Assembly (NCBI GenBank): GCA_030615205.1
Contig: JAUWZS010000001.1
Location: 76,993-140,992 of the forward strand
DNA from: Candidatus Aenigmatarchaeota archaeon
GTDB lineage: Archaea > Aenigmatarchaeota > Aenigmatarchaeia > CG10238-14 > SCSR01
Direction of reading: 5' to 3'
DNA length: 64,000 nucleotides
Under the pieces are notes generated by a model. It had not been told where the DNA came from. It saw only the letters and a program-made list of their open reading frames with translations, and searched no databases. Shown in pieces: positions 1-9,393 of the stretch. The position numbers were made by a program, and so were the translations under genes. Positions within the stretch are counted from its first letter, which is position 1. Each line of letters starts with the position of its first letter.

Positions 1-55
1 CCTGTTTAGAATCGTCTGCGATTTCTAAGCTCATCTACCCTGTTCTCCTTCAAAT

Positions 56-358
56 ATGAGTAAAAAATATGAGAACTTGTTTAAAAGATTATCAAAAACA
101 TTTCCATCTTGGGTTAGTGATAATCATAAAGCTATTAAAAATTCTGGATTCTTCATTAGCGATTTGGAAAATTTATCCAAATCTGGATATCTAGAGGTTG
201 ATAAAGGGATCGACAAGGGAAAAGAAAAACGATATTATAGACTATCCCCAAAAGGATTTTCTTACCTCACTGAGAAAAAATCAAAACGCCTTACTATTAT
301 TGCTATATCAGTAAGCATAATTGGAGTAGTAATTTCAATACTATTAAAATTTCTATAA
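56..358 (+). CDS. Hypothetical small protein with a winged-helix-like core and a C-terminal transmembrane anchor
   Basis: 100-aa ORF. 'YYRLSPKGFSYL' resembles the wing of PadR/wHTH proteins. Hydrophobic C-terminus 'LTIIAISVSIIGVVISILL'. Confidence 0.4.
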   Translation: MSKKYENLFKRLSKTFPSWVSDNHKAIKNSGFFISDLENLSKSGYLEVDKGIDKGKEKRYYRLSPKGFSYLTEKKSKRLTIIAISVSIIGVVISILLKFL

Positions 359-549
359 TTTTTACAATCGAAATTTAACATTTTTGCATTTTTATGGAAA
401 TTGAGCTAAAAACCCATCAATTTTTAACAATTAACTTTTACCAGCCTTACCAATCGACAACTTAACAGAACCATCAAACCGTAAACTTTAAAAAGTTTAA
501 TTTACATACACACTAACTACAGTAATGTGTCTATAAGTGGTGCGTGTAA

Positions 550-873
550 ATGGAAAAACGAGCAGTGTTGATTTGCTTCAATGTCCGCAGCAAGAAGTTT
601 GATAGCAATTACGAGCGCAACAAATTCTTTCGCGGGCTTTATGGATGGAAGCAAATAATAAAGAAAGAGACAAAAGAAGGCAACAAAAAATACGTTTACG
701 AACGTGGCGGACTGCTTGATGAAATACCACACAAAAAGGTCGACCAGAGTGCATTTATCGTCGAAATGCAAGAAGCGGAGAGGATATTCAAATTTTTCGA
801 AGAATGGACTGACAAGGTGATTTGGAACACATTCAAGGTGTTGCTTGACGAGAACGAAGATATTTTTGAATAA
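550..873 (+). CDS. Hypothetical protein
   Basis: 107-aa ORF with protein-like composition. Preferred over the overlapping antisense ORF 517-771, which is hydrophobic and low-complexity. No recognisable motif. Confidence 0.35.
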   Translation: MEKRAVLICFNVRSKKFDSNYERNKFFRGLYGWKQIIKKETKEGNKKYVYERGGLLDEIPHKKVDQSAFIVEMQEAERIFKFFEEWTDKVIWNTFKVLLDENEDIFE

Positions 874-929
874 AAAACTAAATTGAATTGTAGGAAAAGG
901 AGGAATTGAAAAAAAACGGTTGATGAAAA

Positions 930-3221
930 ATGGCTGATGAAATAAGATTGAAAGTTGGCGAGCTTACTGAACGTGGCGAAGCTGGGCGAGGTATAATTAG
1001 AATTGGCTCGGAATTTATGCGAGAGCTTGGAATAAAAGAGGGCAATGTTGTTGAGATCGAAGGTTCTCGTAAGACTGCTGGAATTGCTGTTCGCTCGTAT
1101 CCTTCTGATGTTGGTTTGAAAATTGTAAGAATGGATGGGATAATGCGAAGGAATTGCGGGAGTGGTATTAGCGAATATGTAAAAATAAGGGAGGTTGATG
1201 TAAAAGAGGCAAAAAGCGTTTCAATTGCGCCTGCTCAAAGGGGATTGATAATTCACATCTCTCCGAATCTCATAAGGCAAAACATCTACAAGCGACCAGT
1301 AGTTAAAGGTGATATAATTATCCCATCACCGGTTGTTAGAAGGCGAGAATCCTACGGAGATAATTTTTTAGAGGATTTTTTCGGAAGTGGTTTTATGAAT
1401 ATGTTTTCCTCTTTCGTACCTTTACCTGCAGAAACAAGATTCATAGTCACGGCCACTGATCCAAAAGGCGTGGTGACAATAACTGACGCAACTGATTTGG
1501 AGATACAACCAAGAGCGCCTGAAGGCCTGAGGCTTGAAGAGCGTGCTGTGCCGACTGTTACATACGAAGACATTGGCGGAATGAAAAGTGTAGTTGAAAA
1601 AGTTCGTGAAATGATTGAGCTTCCGTTAAGACATCCAGAGCTTTTCGAGCGCTTGGGAGTTGAGCCGCCAAAAGGAGTATTGCTACATGGAGCACCAGGC
1701 ACAGGTAAGACCCTTCTTGCACGTGCTGTGGCAAATGAAAGCGGGGCGAACTTTATATCTATCAGCGGACCGGAGGTTATGTCGAAGTGGTATGGACAGA
1801 GCGAAGAGAACCTACGAAAAATATTCGAAGACGCAGAAAAGAATGCACCATCTATTATTTTTATTGACGAAATAGATTCGATTGCGCCAAAGCGTGAGGA
1901 GGTTCATGGTGAAGTCGAACGGCGCGTGGTCTCACAATTGCTTACGCTGATGGACGGATTGAAAAAACGTGGTAAGGTTATTGTTATCGCTGCGACAAAC
2001 CGAGTAAATGCAGTTGAGCCGGCGCTTAGACGCGGTGGACGCTTTGACAGAGAAATAGAACTTCCTGTGCCAGACCGTGCAGGGAGATTGGAAATTTTGA
2101 AAATACATACAAGGAATATGCCGCTCGAGAAAAATGTAAACCTCGGCTGGCTTGCTGATATAACATATGGATATGTGGGTGCAGATATAGCAGCACTAAT
2201 AAAAGAAGCAGCGATGTCTGCTCTGCGTCGTGTGCTACCGGAAATAAAATGGAAAGAGGAAGAAGAACTGCCAAGAGAGCTCATGGAGAAGCTGGTCGTA
2301 AAACGTGAAGATTTTGAAAATGCCTTGCTTGTAGTTGAGCCAAGCGCTATGCGTGAAGTGCTTGTAGAAGTGCCAAAAGTGAAATGGGATGATATCGGTG
2401 GGTTGAAAGACGTCAAACAGAAATTAAAGGAAATGGTTGAATGGCCACTGAAAAATCCAGAGAGTTTCAAGCGTGTAGGCATAGAACCACCAAGAGGCAT
2501 ACTTCTGTATGGACCGCCTGGTTGTGGTAAAACATTGCTCGCACGTGCTGTGGCAAATGAAAGCGGGGCGAACTTTATTTCAATAAAAGGGCCACAGATA
2601 TATTCGAAATGGGTAGGTGAATCCGAGAAGCAGATAAGAGGTATCTTCAAACGCGCAAAGCAAGTGGCACCAACAATAATATTTTTCGATGAAATTGATG
2701 CGCTTGCGCCGCGCCGAGGTGTACGAATGGGGACGCAGGTCACAGAGACCGTTGTTTCTCAGTTGCTCTCAGAAATGTCTGGGCTTGAAGAGCTGCATGG
2801 CGTTATTGTGATGGCTGCTACTAACAGACCGGATATAATAGACTTTGCTCTTCTAAGGCCAGGAAGGTTTGATAGGTTCATCCTTGTTCCACCGCCAGAT
2901 GAAGCAGCAAGATTAGTTATTCTGAAAATACATACGAAGAACATGCCGCTTAAAGGCGTAGATCTCAAATCCATTGCAAAGAGCACAGAGGGATTCTCAG
3001 GCGCGGATTTGGCTGCAGTATGCAGAGAAGCTGGAATGAGTGCGTTGCGCAAAGACCTAAAGTCAAAAGAAGTTACTGCAAAGGATTTTGAAGTTGCGCT
3101 TAAAGGCGTAATACCGAGCCTCACAATCAAATTACAAAAACATTACGATACATTTGAACAGAGAAGAAAGAAAATACAAGAAGAGCGAGTCCAGGAAGAA
3201 CGGCCGAGGTATATTGGATAA
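930..3221 (+). CDS. cdc48: CDC48/VCP-like AAA+ ATPase with two AAA domains
   Basis: 763 aa. Two Walker A motifs ([15 protein letters not shown] and [15 protein letters not shown]), Walker B DEID, and a CDC48-type N-domain. RBS GGAGG upstream. Confidence 0.95.
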   Translation: MADEIRLKVGELTERGEAGRGIIRIGSEFMRELGIKEGNVVEIEGSRKTAGIAVRSYPSDVGLKIVRMDGIMRRNCGSGISEYVKIREVDVKEAKSVSIAPAQRGLIIHISPNLIRQNIYKRPVVKGDIIIPSPVVRRRESYGDNFLEDFFGSGFMNMFSSFVPLPAETRFIVTATDPKGVVTITDATDLEIQPRAPEGLRLEERAVPTVTYEDIGGMKSVVEKVREMIELPLRHPELFERLGVEPPKGVLLHGAPGTGKTLLARAVANESGANFISISGPEVMSKWYGQSEENLRKIFEDAEKNAPSIIFIDEIDSIAPKREEVHGEVERRVVSQLLTLMDGLKKRGKVIVIAATNRVNAVEPALRRGGRFDREIELPVPDRAGRLEILKIHTRNMPLEKNVNLGWLADITYGYVGADIAALIKEAAMSALRRVLPEIKWKEEEELPRELMEKLVVKREDFENALLVVEPSAMREVLVEVPKVKWDDIGGLKDVKQKLKEMVEWPLKNPESFKRVGIEPPRGILLYGPPGCGKTLLARAVANESGANFISIKGPQIYSKWVGESEKQIRGIFKRAKQVAPTIIFFDEIDALAPRRGVRMGTQVTETVVSQLLSEMSGLEELHGVIVMAATNRPDIIDFALLRPGRFDRFILVPPPDEAARLVILKIHTKNMPLKGVDLKSIAKSTEGFSGADLAAVCREAGMSALRKDLKSKEVTAKDFEVALKGVIPSLTIKLQKHYDTFEQRRKKIQEERVQEERPRYIG

Positions 3222-3240
3222 TTCATAGAACAATGATATT

Positions 3241-4479
3241 ATGACGATGTCTGAAGAGCATATGGTAAAGAATATTGTCGTTGAAGAGCTGGCTAAGATT
3301 CCTACAGAAAGTCAACACGTGGAGATAATTGAGCGCAAAGGTCTTGGCCATCCGGATACAATATGCGACAAAATAATGAATCAGATTTCAATAAATCTGA
3401 GTAGTGAATATCTAAAAAGGGTCGGCGTTATACTGCACCATAACATAGACAAATCTCTACTTGCGGCCGGCGAAGTCGAATATAAATTCGGCGGTGGCAA
3501 AATACTAAAACCAATGTTACTTGTGATGGGGGATCGGGCCACTTATTCAGCAGGTGATATTAAGATACCTGTTGATGAGATAGCTATAACCACGGCTAAG
3601 CAGTGGTTCAAGGACAATTTGCGATTTGTTGACCCTGAAAAGGATGTGAGATACCAGAATGAATTGAAACGTGGCTCAGCAGCACTTGCCGATATTTTTG
3701 CGCGCAAGGGCACAAACAATGTGCTTGGGGCTAACGATACGTCTGCTGCTGTTGGTTACGCACCTAACACAGCAACTGAGAAAATAGTTTTTGGGCTCGA
3801 GCAGCATCTCAATTCAAAGAAGTTCAAATCCGAGTTTCCTGTTTCTGGAGAAGATATAAAAGTAATGGGATTTCGACAGGGCCGCAACTTGCATCTGACA
3901 GTATCAATGGGTTTTGTTGACCGCTTCGTAGAATCAGAGGACGATTACTTCAAAAAGAAAGCCGAAATTGAAGAAGCCATCCAGCAGTTTTTGAAAGATA
4001 AGGACAGCAACTTCGAGAAGATATCTCTCTATTTTAATACATTGGACAAACGCGGTCGAGGGGTCAATGGCGTTTTTCTGGTAGTCGGGGGGACATGTGC
4101 TGATGGCGCAGACTGCGGGCAGGTTGGTCGTGGTAATCGTGTAAATGGTGTCATATCTCTTAATCGACCTCAGTGCTCAGAAGCTGCAGCCGGGAAGAAC
4201 CCAATCAGTCACGTAGGTAAAATCTACAATGTACTATCCTATAGAATCGCAAATGAAGTGTACAACAATGTTAACGGCATCGCAGAAGTTTATATTTGGC
4301 TGCTTAGCCAAATCGGCCGTAGAATCGACAATCCGAAGATTGCAGCTGCACAAATAATAATGGAAAATGGCTCTATCAAAGAGGTCGAAAAGGAAATCCG
4401 AGAAGTTATAGATCGTGAGCTAGAAAACATTAACAATTTCTGCATGGATCTAGCAAAAGGTAAAATACCAGTTTGTTGA
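3241..4479 (+). CDS. mat: S-adenosylmethionine synthetase, archaeal type
   Basis: 412 aa. N-terminal 'VEIIERKGLGHPDTICD' and overall length match archaeal MAT. Confidence 0.9.
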   Translation: MTMSEEHMVKNIVVEELAKIPTESQHVEIIERKGLGHPDTICDKIMNQISINLSSEYLKRVGVILHHNIDKSLLAAGEVEYKFGGGKILKPMLLVMGDRATYSAGDIKIPVDEIAITTAKQWFKDNLRFVDPEKDVRYQNELKRGSAALADIFARKGTNNVLGANDTSAAVGYAPNTATEKIVFGLEQHLNSKKFKSEFPVSGEDIKVMGFRQGRNLHLTVSMGFVDRFVESEDDYFKKKAEIEEAIQQFLKDKDSNFEKISLYFNTLDKRGRGVNGVFLVVGGTCADGADCGQVGRGNRVNGVISLNRPQCSEAAAGKNPISHVGKIYNVLSYRIANEVYNNVNGIAEVYIWLLSQIGRRIDNPKIAAAQIIMENGSIKEVEKEIREVIDRELENINNFCMDLAKGKIPVC

Positions 4480-4492
4480 ACTGTTTGTTGAA

Positions 4493-4765
4493 TTATCTTC
4501 GTTTCTTCTTTTTCTTTCGCAGTCTTCTCTTTTTCTGCTTTCTCTTTCTCTTCCTTGCGTGTTTTCTTCTTTTTCGTTTCCCTATGAAAAGCAGAAGCAC
4601 AATGATTATTACTACAGCTGTGAGCGTTGTTGTTTCCAAATCGATTTCGGAAATTACTATATATCGCGTCGCAACATTCGCAAAGAAAGCTACGAAGGCT
4701 ATTATTATCAATACACCTAGAAATTTTTTCTTCGCACCTCTAGTTTTCAAGCCTTTAAACATCAT
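4493..4765 (-). CDS. Small two-TM membrane protein with an extremely basic (K/R) C-terminal tail
   Basis: 90-aa ORF convergent with mat. Two hydrophobic helices followed by a long K/R-rich tail. The overlapping + strand ORF (4473-4778) looks non-protein-like. Confidence 0.3.
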   Translation of the reverse strand: MMFKGLKTRGAKKKFLGVLIIIAFVAFFANVATRYIVISEIDLETTTLTAVVIIIVLLLFIGKRKRRKHARKRKRKQKKRRLRKKKKKRR

Positions 4766-4838
4766 TATTAAAATTTAATTTTCTCTATTAAAAGGTTTAT
4801 TTTTAAAAGGTTTATTTTTAATAATACAAATAGAAACT

Positions 4839-6236
4839 ATGAGAATAGCTTCGGTAAAAGTTAATTTTAGATTCATTCTCTCGCCAGTGCTAATATTTTT
4901 TCTAATGTTTTTTATGCTATTTGTTTTTTCCGCGATTCCAGCAAACGCTTATGGTATATGGACGTGCGACCAAGCAGGCGCTTTGAAAATCAGTTTTTAC
5001 AATAATGAGAGTGTGTATGTGACCAGCGGAAATATAACATCGACTAGCCAGAGTGTAAGAGTATACATAGTAACAAACAACAATAGCTGGGTCGATGGAA
5101 AAGCGCTCAACGATATTACAGGAACAGGCTATTTAACAGTCACGACAAACAGTAGCGGGCATATTCCTGTCACTTCTGTGTGGACCGATCCTGAGGTTGG
5201 AACCTATGATATAGTCGCAGATGTAAACAGAGATGGTGAATACAATAGCACATACGATTTTGTAAACAGTTCATCTACAGTCGGGCTCACTGTACTCGAA
5301 GCGCCAATACCTACGCTGAATGTGGAAACAGGTCAAAATACCTCTTCAAGCCACGACTGGGATATTGAATCTGACACTGGTCACAATTCAATGTTACAGC
5401 TCAACTTTATTGCAACAATAGAAGACGTTAGAATAAATTCGATAGCCATCACCGCAAGCGGAAGTGGCAACGAGGAAGATGATATAACTGTTGCTTATCT
5501 GATTTTGGACACAGACAGTGATGGGCAATACGATCAAGGTGAAACATTCCTAAGTTACAGCAACTATTTTTTTGATAATGGTGTTATTACATTTGAAATA
5601 GACGATGGTTATGTTGTTTCTATAACAGACAGTATAGATATGATAATAACCTATTCGATGAGCCAGTCTGGGCAAGCAGACAGCACATACAAGTTCAATG
5701 TTGTTTCAATTTCTGCAGTTGGCGCAGGTACTAGCGATGCCGCAAGCGTAACCGGTCTTCCAATCGGTTCGGCTATAAAGACTATAACCGGAGTCGCAGC
5801 GACTACCACAACAACGACAATCCTTGGAACAACCACAACAACAATACCGACAGACGAATGCGAAACTGATTCAGACTGCGGTGGCCTGACCTGCAGCAAC
5901 AAGCAAAAAACAACTTACAGCTGTGAATATGACGCCATTAGAGGGATCAATGTATGTTCAAGCACAATAGTAACTGTCAGCTGCTGCGGCGATGGGGACT
6001 GCGTTGATGGATATTATTGTTTAAATTATGAATGTGTAGAAGAAACTGGAGGCATCGGTGGGTGGCTTGGAGAGTGGGACTATATATTGACAATAGTTTC
6101 GATAGTTTTTGTGATTGCTCTTGTCCTTATTGTATTTTTCATTATAAAGAATCGAAATAAAAGACCATGGAAGAGTAAGAAAGAGTACGAAGGTGAATGG
6201 AAAAGTTTGCGCAAGAAATGGGAAAGAAAAAAATAA
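4839..6236 (+). CDS. Secreted/surface protein: signal peptide, Thr-rich linker, Cys-rich module, C-terminal TM anchor with basic tail
   Basis: 465 aa. N-terminal hydrophobic signal. 'TTTTTTILGTTTTTIPTDE' linker. Cys-rich 'CETDSDCGG...CCGDGDCVDGYYCLNYEC'. C-terminal TM followed by KNRNKRPWKSKK. Confidence 0.6.
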   Translation: MRIASVKVNFRFILSPVLIFFLMFFMLFVFSAIPANAYGIWTCDQAGALKISFYNNESVYVTSGNITSTSQSVRVYIVTNNNSWVDGKALNDITGTGYLTVTTNSSGHIPVTSVWTDPEVGTYDIVADVNRDGEYNSTYDFVNSSSTVGLTVLEAPIPTLNVETGQNTSSSHDWDIESDTGHNSMLQLNFIATIEDVRINSIAITASGSGNEEDDITVAYLILDTDSDGQYDQGETFLSYSNYFFDNGVITFEIDDGYVVSITDSIDMIITYSMSQSGQADSTYKFNVVSISAVGAGTSDAASVTGLPIGSAIKTITGVAATTTTTTILGTTTTTIPTDECETDSDCGGLTCSNKQKTTYSCEYDAIRGINVCSSTIVTVSCCGDGDCVDGYYCLNYECVEETGGIGGWLGEWDYILTIVSIVFVIALVLIVFFIIKNRNKRPWKSKKEYEGEWKSLRKKWERKK

Positions 6237-6319
6237 AAGCTTCTTTACTTATCCAATTCGATATAGTTTGAAAGTTTTGGAAGTATAAGGTATAAATTAG
6301 TTATAATAGGTTGAGTATA

Positions 6320-6457
6320 ATGAGTTGGGAAGACTACGAACCGCCAAAGAAACCGAAGAAGCGCTACAAGTCTTACAAGCGTGGTTTTGAAAGAAGCAGG
6401 TATAAAAAATCTAAATTAAAAAAATCTAAAAAATTTGGCAAAAAGAAAGAAAGGTAA
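6320..6457 (+). CDS. Small highly basic protein (45 aa), unannotated in the ORF track
   Basis: ATG at 6320, 'MSWEDYEPPKKPKKRYKSYKRGFERSRYKKSKLKKSKKFGKKKER'. TATA-like 'TATAAATT' about 25 nt upstream. Confidence 0.3.
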   Translation: MSWEDYEPPKKPKKRYKSYKRGFERSRYKKSKLKKSKKFGKKKER

Positions 6458-6470
6458 AAATCTTATAATC

Positions 6471-7124
6471 TTATTTTTCCCAAAAGAAAACCAGCTTCTT
6501 TTTCTGTATACGTATATACAAACCATAGGCTACGCCCGCAATCAGACCGGCCAGATGGGCGGAGTGTGCAATATTCGACGGTACGAAGAGTCCTGTAAAT
6601 TCCAACAAGAACCACAGTGCAGCCGCAAAAATAATCGGCATAGGTGCGAAGCCGATGTAAACGACTAAGCCCGGGTAAAGCACGGCCAACATCGCCATAA
6701 TACCATATATACCACCGCTCGCACCGACCGCTGGTATTACGCCATAAGGCTCAGCGATCCAGTAAGCAACATTGCCTAAAAAGCCAGCTATGAAAAAGAT
6801 GGCGAGGAACTGCTTTGTTGACACGCGCGATTCGAGATAAAGGCCGAAGATGAACAGAGCGAACATATTGAAGAAAAGGTGCTCGATTCCTGCGTGAAAG
6901 AAGATTGATGTTATAAAAGTCCACGGTCGTTCGAGTATCTTAGCAGGGGTAAAAGCGAAAACCGGCCAGATTGGATAAATGAGATTTAAAAAGAAAATAA
7001 AAGTACAAAGTGCGATGAATATGAAAGTCCATCTAGGTTTCTTTGTGCGTCTGCGCCTCCCGCGACGGACGACTACACTTGGCTGATAAAAGAAAAATTC
7101 TCTTTCCGGCATATGTCTAATCAT
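6471..7124 (-). CDS. Rhomboid family intramembrane serine protease
   Basis: 217 aa, multi-TM. GxSG motif 'GASGGIYG' and catalytic His in 'AHSAHLAG'. Confidence 0.85.
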   Translation of the reverse strand: MIRHMPEREFFFYQPSVVVRRGRRRRTKKPRWTFIFIALCTFIFFLNLIYPIWPVFAFTPAKILERPWTFITSIFFHAGIEHLFFNMFALFIFGLYLESRVSTKQFLAIFFIAGFLGNVAYWIAEPYGVIPAVGASGGIYGIMAMLAVLYPGLVVYIGFAPMPIIFAAALWFLLEFTGLFVPSNIAHSAHLAGLIAGVAYGLYIRIQKKKLVFFWEK

Positions 7125-7206
7125 TTGCCATCTGAACCTTATATATCTAATTCACATCTAATTCAGGAAAACAAAAGTCGAGAAAAGAAATAAGTTATTT
7201 GTTTGA

Positions 7207-8040
7207 TTGTTCAAAAATTATAATATGGGTATTTTACGAACCATCAGCAAAGCAATAGGTAAATTCATTCTTACATTCTTTCTCACAAGTCTGATATTCA
7301 CAATCGGATTAGTGCAATTTACAGGATACGAAAACATGAAAATAGTTTTTAGCGATATTGCTGGCTCGCAGATTGGGGGAACTATGACAGAAGAAGAATT
7401 AGAACGACTCCAGCAGACGCTTTTGGAATTGTGCGAAGGTGAAGAAAGTGTGGAACTTCAGATACTGGAATCCGAAGACCCGATAACTATAGATTGCAAT
7501 GAAGTACGAGCAGTTGCGGAAGATAGTGAAAGAAGCATCGTAAATGTTATTGGTGATGTTTCGTCAACTACTTTTTTCGACGAGATATACTACAAGGAAT
7601 ACGAGTGTAATTTTTTCGAATGCATACAGACAGGCCAGTTCACCATAATAGCTTCAGCGCATGGGCATAGTTTTTTCAATCAGATACAGATCTATCTTGC
7701 TATAGGGGTTGCAGCCGGGATCATTATAGTTTTAATAGCAACAGAAAACTGGTCTGACAGGCTTAAAGGAGTCGGCTGGGCTCTGGTGTTTACAGGGATT
7801 TCGTACCTGTTTCTGACATTCGGAAAAGGTGCAATAGTTATGACATTACCAAGCGAAGAACAAGCAGGCATTAATGTAATGTCTATGGTTGATAAAATGA
7901 TTGAACCGATGATGAACGGCTTTCTGATTGCTTTGATTATAGGGATAGTTGTCACTGCTAGCGGGTATGCACTTGCGTACAGAGAGAAAAGGAAAATTCC
8001 AGAAAGAAAAATTGAAAACAGAAAAAGAATCGTGGATTAA
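7207..8040 (+). CDS. Hypothetical integral membrane protein
   Basis: 277 aa with multiple hydrophobic segments and a basic C-terminus. Confidence 0.5.
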   Translation: MFKNYNMGILRTISKAIGKFILTFFLTSLIFTIGLVQFTGYENMKIVFSDIAGSQIGGTMTEEELERLQQTLLELCEGEESVELQILESEDPITIDCNEVRAVAEDSERSIVNVIGDVSSTTFFDEIYYKEYECNFFECIQTGQFTIIASAHGHSFFNQIQIYLAIGVAAGIIIVLIATENWSDRLKGVGWALVFTGISYLFLTFGKGAIVMTLPSEEQAGINVMSMVDKMIEPMMNGFLIALIIGIVVTASGYALAYREKRKIPERKIENRKRIVD

Positions 8041-8220
8041 CCTTATGTAGAATTAACCTATGTATCTCAAATCCTTCTCATGTCTTTTATGCAACCTTAT
8101 GTATCTGTCAAGTTCTTCCACTATGAACCGCTCGACTCTTATTTGAGCGCGTGTCTTGAAAGGGCCTCTCTTTTTATCTCCCTTTTTGTTTTTGGTCATC
8201 AAATCACGCCAATACTATGT

Positions 8221-8493
8221 TCACACGTTGCCAAACCTTTTTCCGAATGGTGCAAGCGAAGATTGAACATATTCTTGCTTCATATCTTCCAAGAGTTCTA
8301 TACCAACCCCGCTACTTATCGATCTTATCTTTCCTGCGCCACGCAATCTCCTCAAGCAGTCCGACACTGATTTGGTAGAATCACATATTCTTTCTTCGAT
8401 GAGCGACCTGAAAATTATTCCCAACGATAGTGGATTGCCATGTCTTCTCCTCAGACTCCTCAACACATCAAGAACTTCTTCTATTTGTTCCAT
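8221..8493 (-). CDS. Putative small winged-helix DNA-binding protein
   Basis: 90-aa ORF, ATG at 8493. Helical/charged composition reminiscent of small wHTH regulators. Weak call. Confidence 0.3.
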   Translation of the reverse strand: MEQIEEVLDVLRSLRRRHGNPLSLGIIFRSLIEERICDSTKSVSDCLRRLRGAGKIRSISSGVGIELLEDMKQEYVQSSLAPFGKRFGNV

Positions 8494-8698
8494 ACAATCA
8501 CAGGCCGCAAAAGCCCCTCACAGAGGCCGCTAACAAAGGCACTTTCGTCATCGCCTAGTTGCGTTCAACACTATTTAATTGGTAAAAAAGAGATAAATCG
8601 TTTTATTTATAGGAAAAGATATTTTAGACTATGAATATTTTTAGTTTTTTTTAATATATGCTTAATAATTTAAAAAACTAAAGATAATTTGATGTCCG

Positions 8699-9124
8699 AT
8701 GTTGGTAAAAGATGTGATGAACAAGAACGTTGTGGTCGCTAAATTCGATGTTACAATAAGAGAAGCGACTAAAGTAATGAATAAATTCCGCATAGGTAGT
8801 TTGGTCGTGCTGAAGGAAGAAAAAATCGCTGGTATACTCACAGAAAGAAATGTATTGGAAGCAGTTGCTGCTGGAAAAGATCCAGACTCGATAGCGATCG
8901 AGGACATAATGACGAAAAACGTAGTAACAATCGACCCAGATGAAGCTGTAGAAGTGGCTGTAGACCTCATGACGCAACATAAAATAAAAAAGTTGCCTGT
9001 TGTGGAAAATGACAAAATAAAAGGAATAATAACCGCCAGCGACATTGTTGTTGTCGAACCAAAGCTTATAGCGAGCATTGCTAACTTAATTTCTATGAAA
9101 CTTCCTGGCTATCGTGGTGGATAA
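8699..9124 (+). CDS. CBS domain pair protein
   Basis: 141 aa with two CBS-like repeats ('VKDVMNKNVVVA...', 'IEDIMTKNVVTIDPD...HKIKKLPVV'). Confidence 0.85.
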   Translation: MLVKDVMNKNVVVAKFDVTIREATKVMNKFRIGSLVVLKEEKIAGILTERNVLEAVAAGKDPDSIAIEDIMTKNVVTIDPDEAVEVAVDLMTQHKIKKLPVVENDKIKGIITASDIVVVEPKLIASIANLISMKLPGYRGG

Positions 9125-9193
9125 AGAATAATTGCAGATGAAGGACGAGGCCGTGATTTAGTGATTAAGCGATTTATGATTCGGTGATTTATT

Positions 9194-9373
9194 ATGCAAG
9201 CTAGGATATTTTGCCAGAAACACGGTAAGCTCGGCTTAGATGATGTTGTAATTAAAAATGGCGTCCCGATTTGCAGGAAATGCCAATCCATTCTTGAATT
9301 TGGAAAAATCCGTCCTAGAAAAGTCGAAGATGTGAAAAGAAAAAAGACAAAACGAAGCAGAAAGAAGAAATAA
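9194..9373 (+). CDS. Small zinc-ribbon protein (59 aa), unannotated in the ORF track
   Basis: 'MQARIFCQKHG...GVPICRKCQ' gives a C-x2-H...C-x2-C pattern. Basic C-terminal tail. Confidence 0.35.
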   Translation: MQARIFCQKHGKLGLDDVVIKNGVPICRKCQSILEFGKIRPRKVEDVKRKKTKRSRKKK

Positions 9374-9393
9374 AGATAATTAAACTTTCCAGG

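Noticed and set aside
1352-3130. Several antisense or out-of-frame ORFs (1352-1702, 1660-1875, 1904-2743, 2026-2274, 2759-3130) inside the CDC48 gene
   Set aside because: They lie entirely within a high-confidence 763-aa AAA ATPase CDS. Their translations are low-complexity (Ser/Thr/Pro-rich), typical of spurious ORFs opposite a real gene.
4473-4778. + strand 101-aa ORF overlapping the polybasic-tail membrane ORF
   Set aside because: The translation is dominated by Phe/Leu runs from the poly-T/poly-CT tract. This is less protein-like than the minus-strand alternative. Only one of the two can be real and neither is certain.
8080-8370. + strand 96-aa ORF overlapping the putative wHTH gene on the opposite strand
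   Set aside because: No motif and a hydrophobic, odd composition. It starts within the repeat region. The minus-strand ORF has the more regulator-like sequence, but both are weak.
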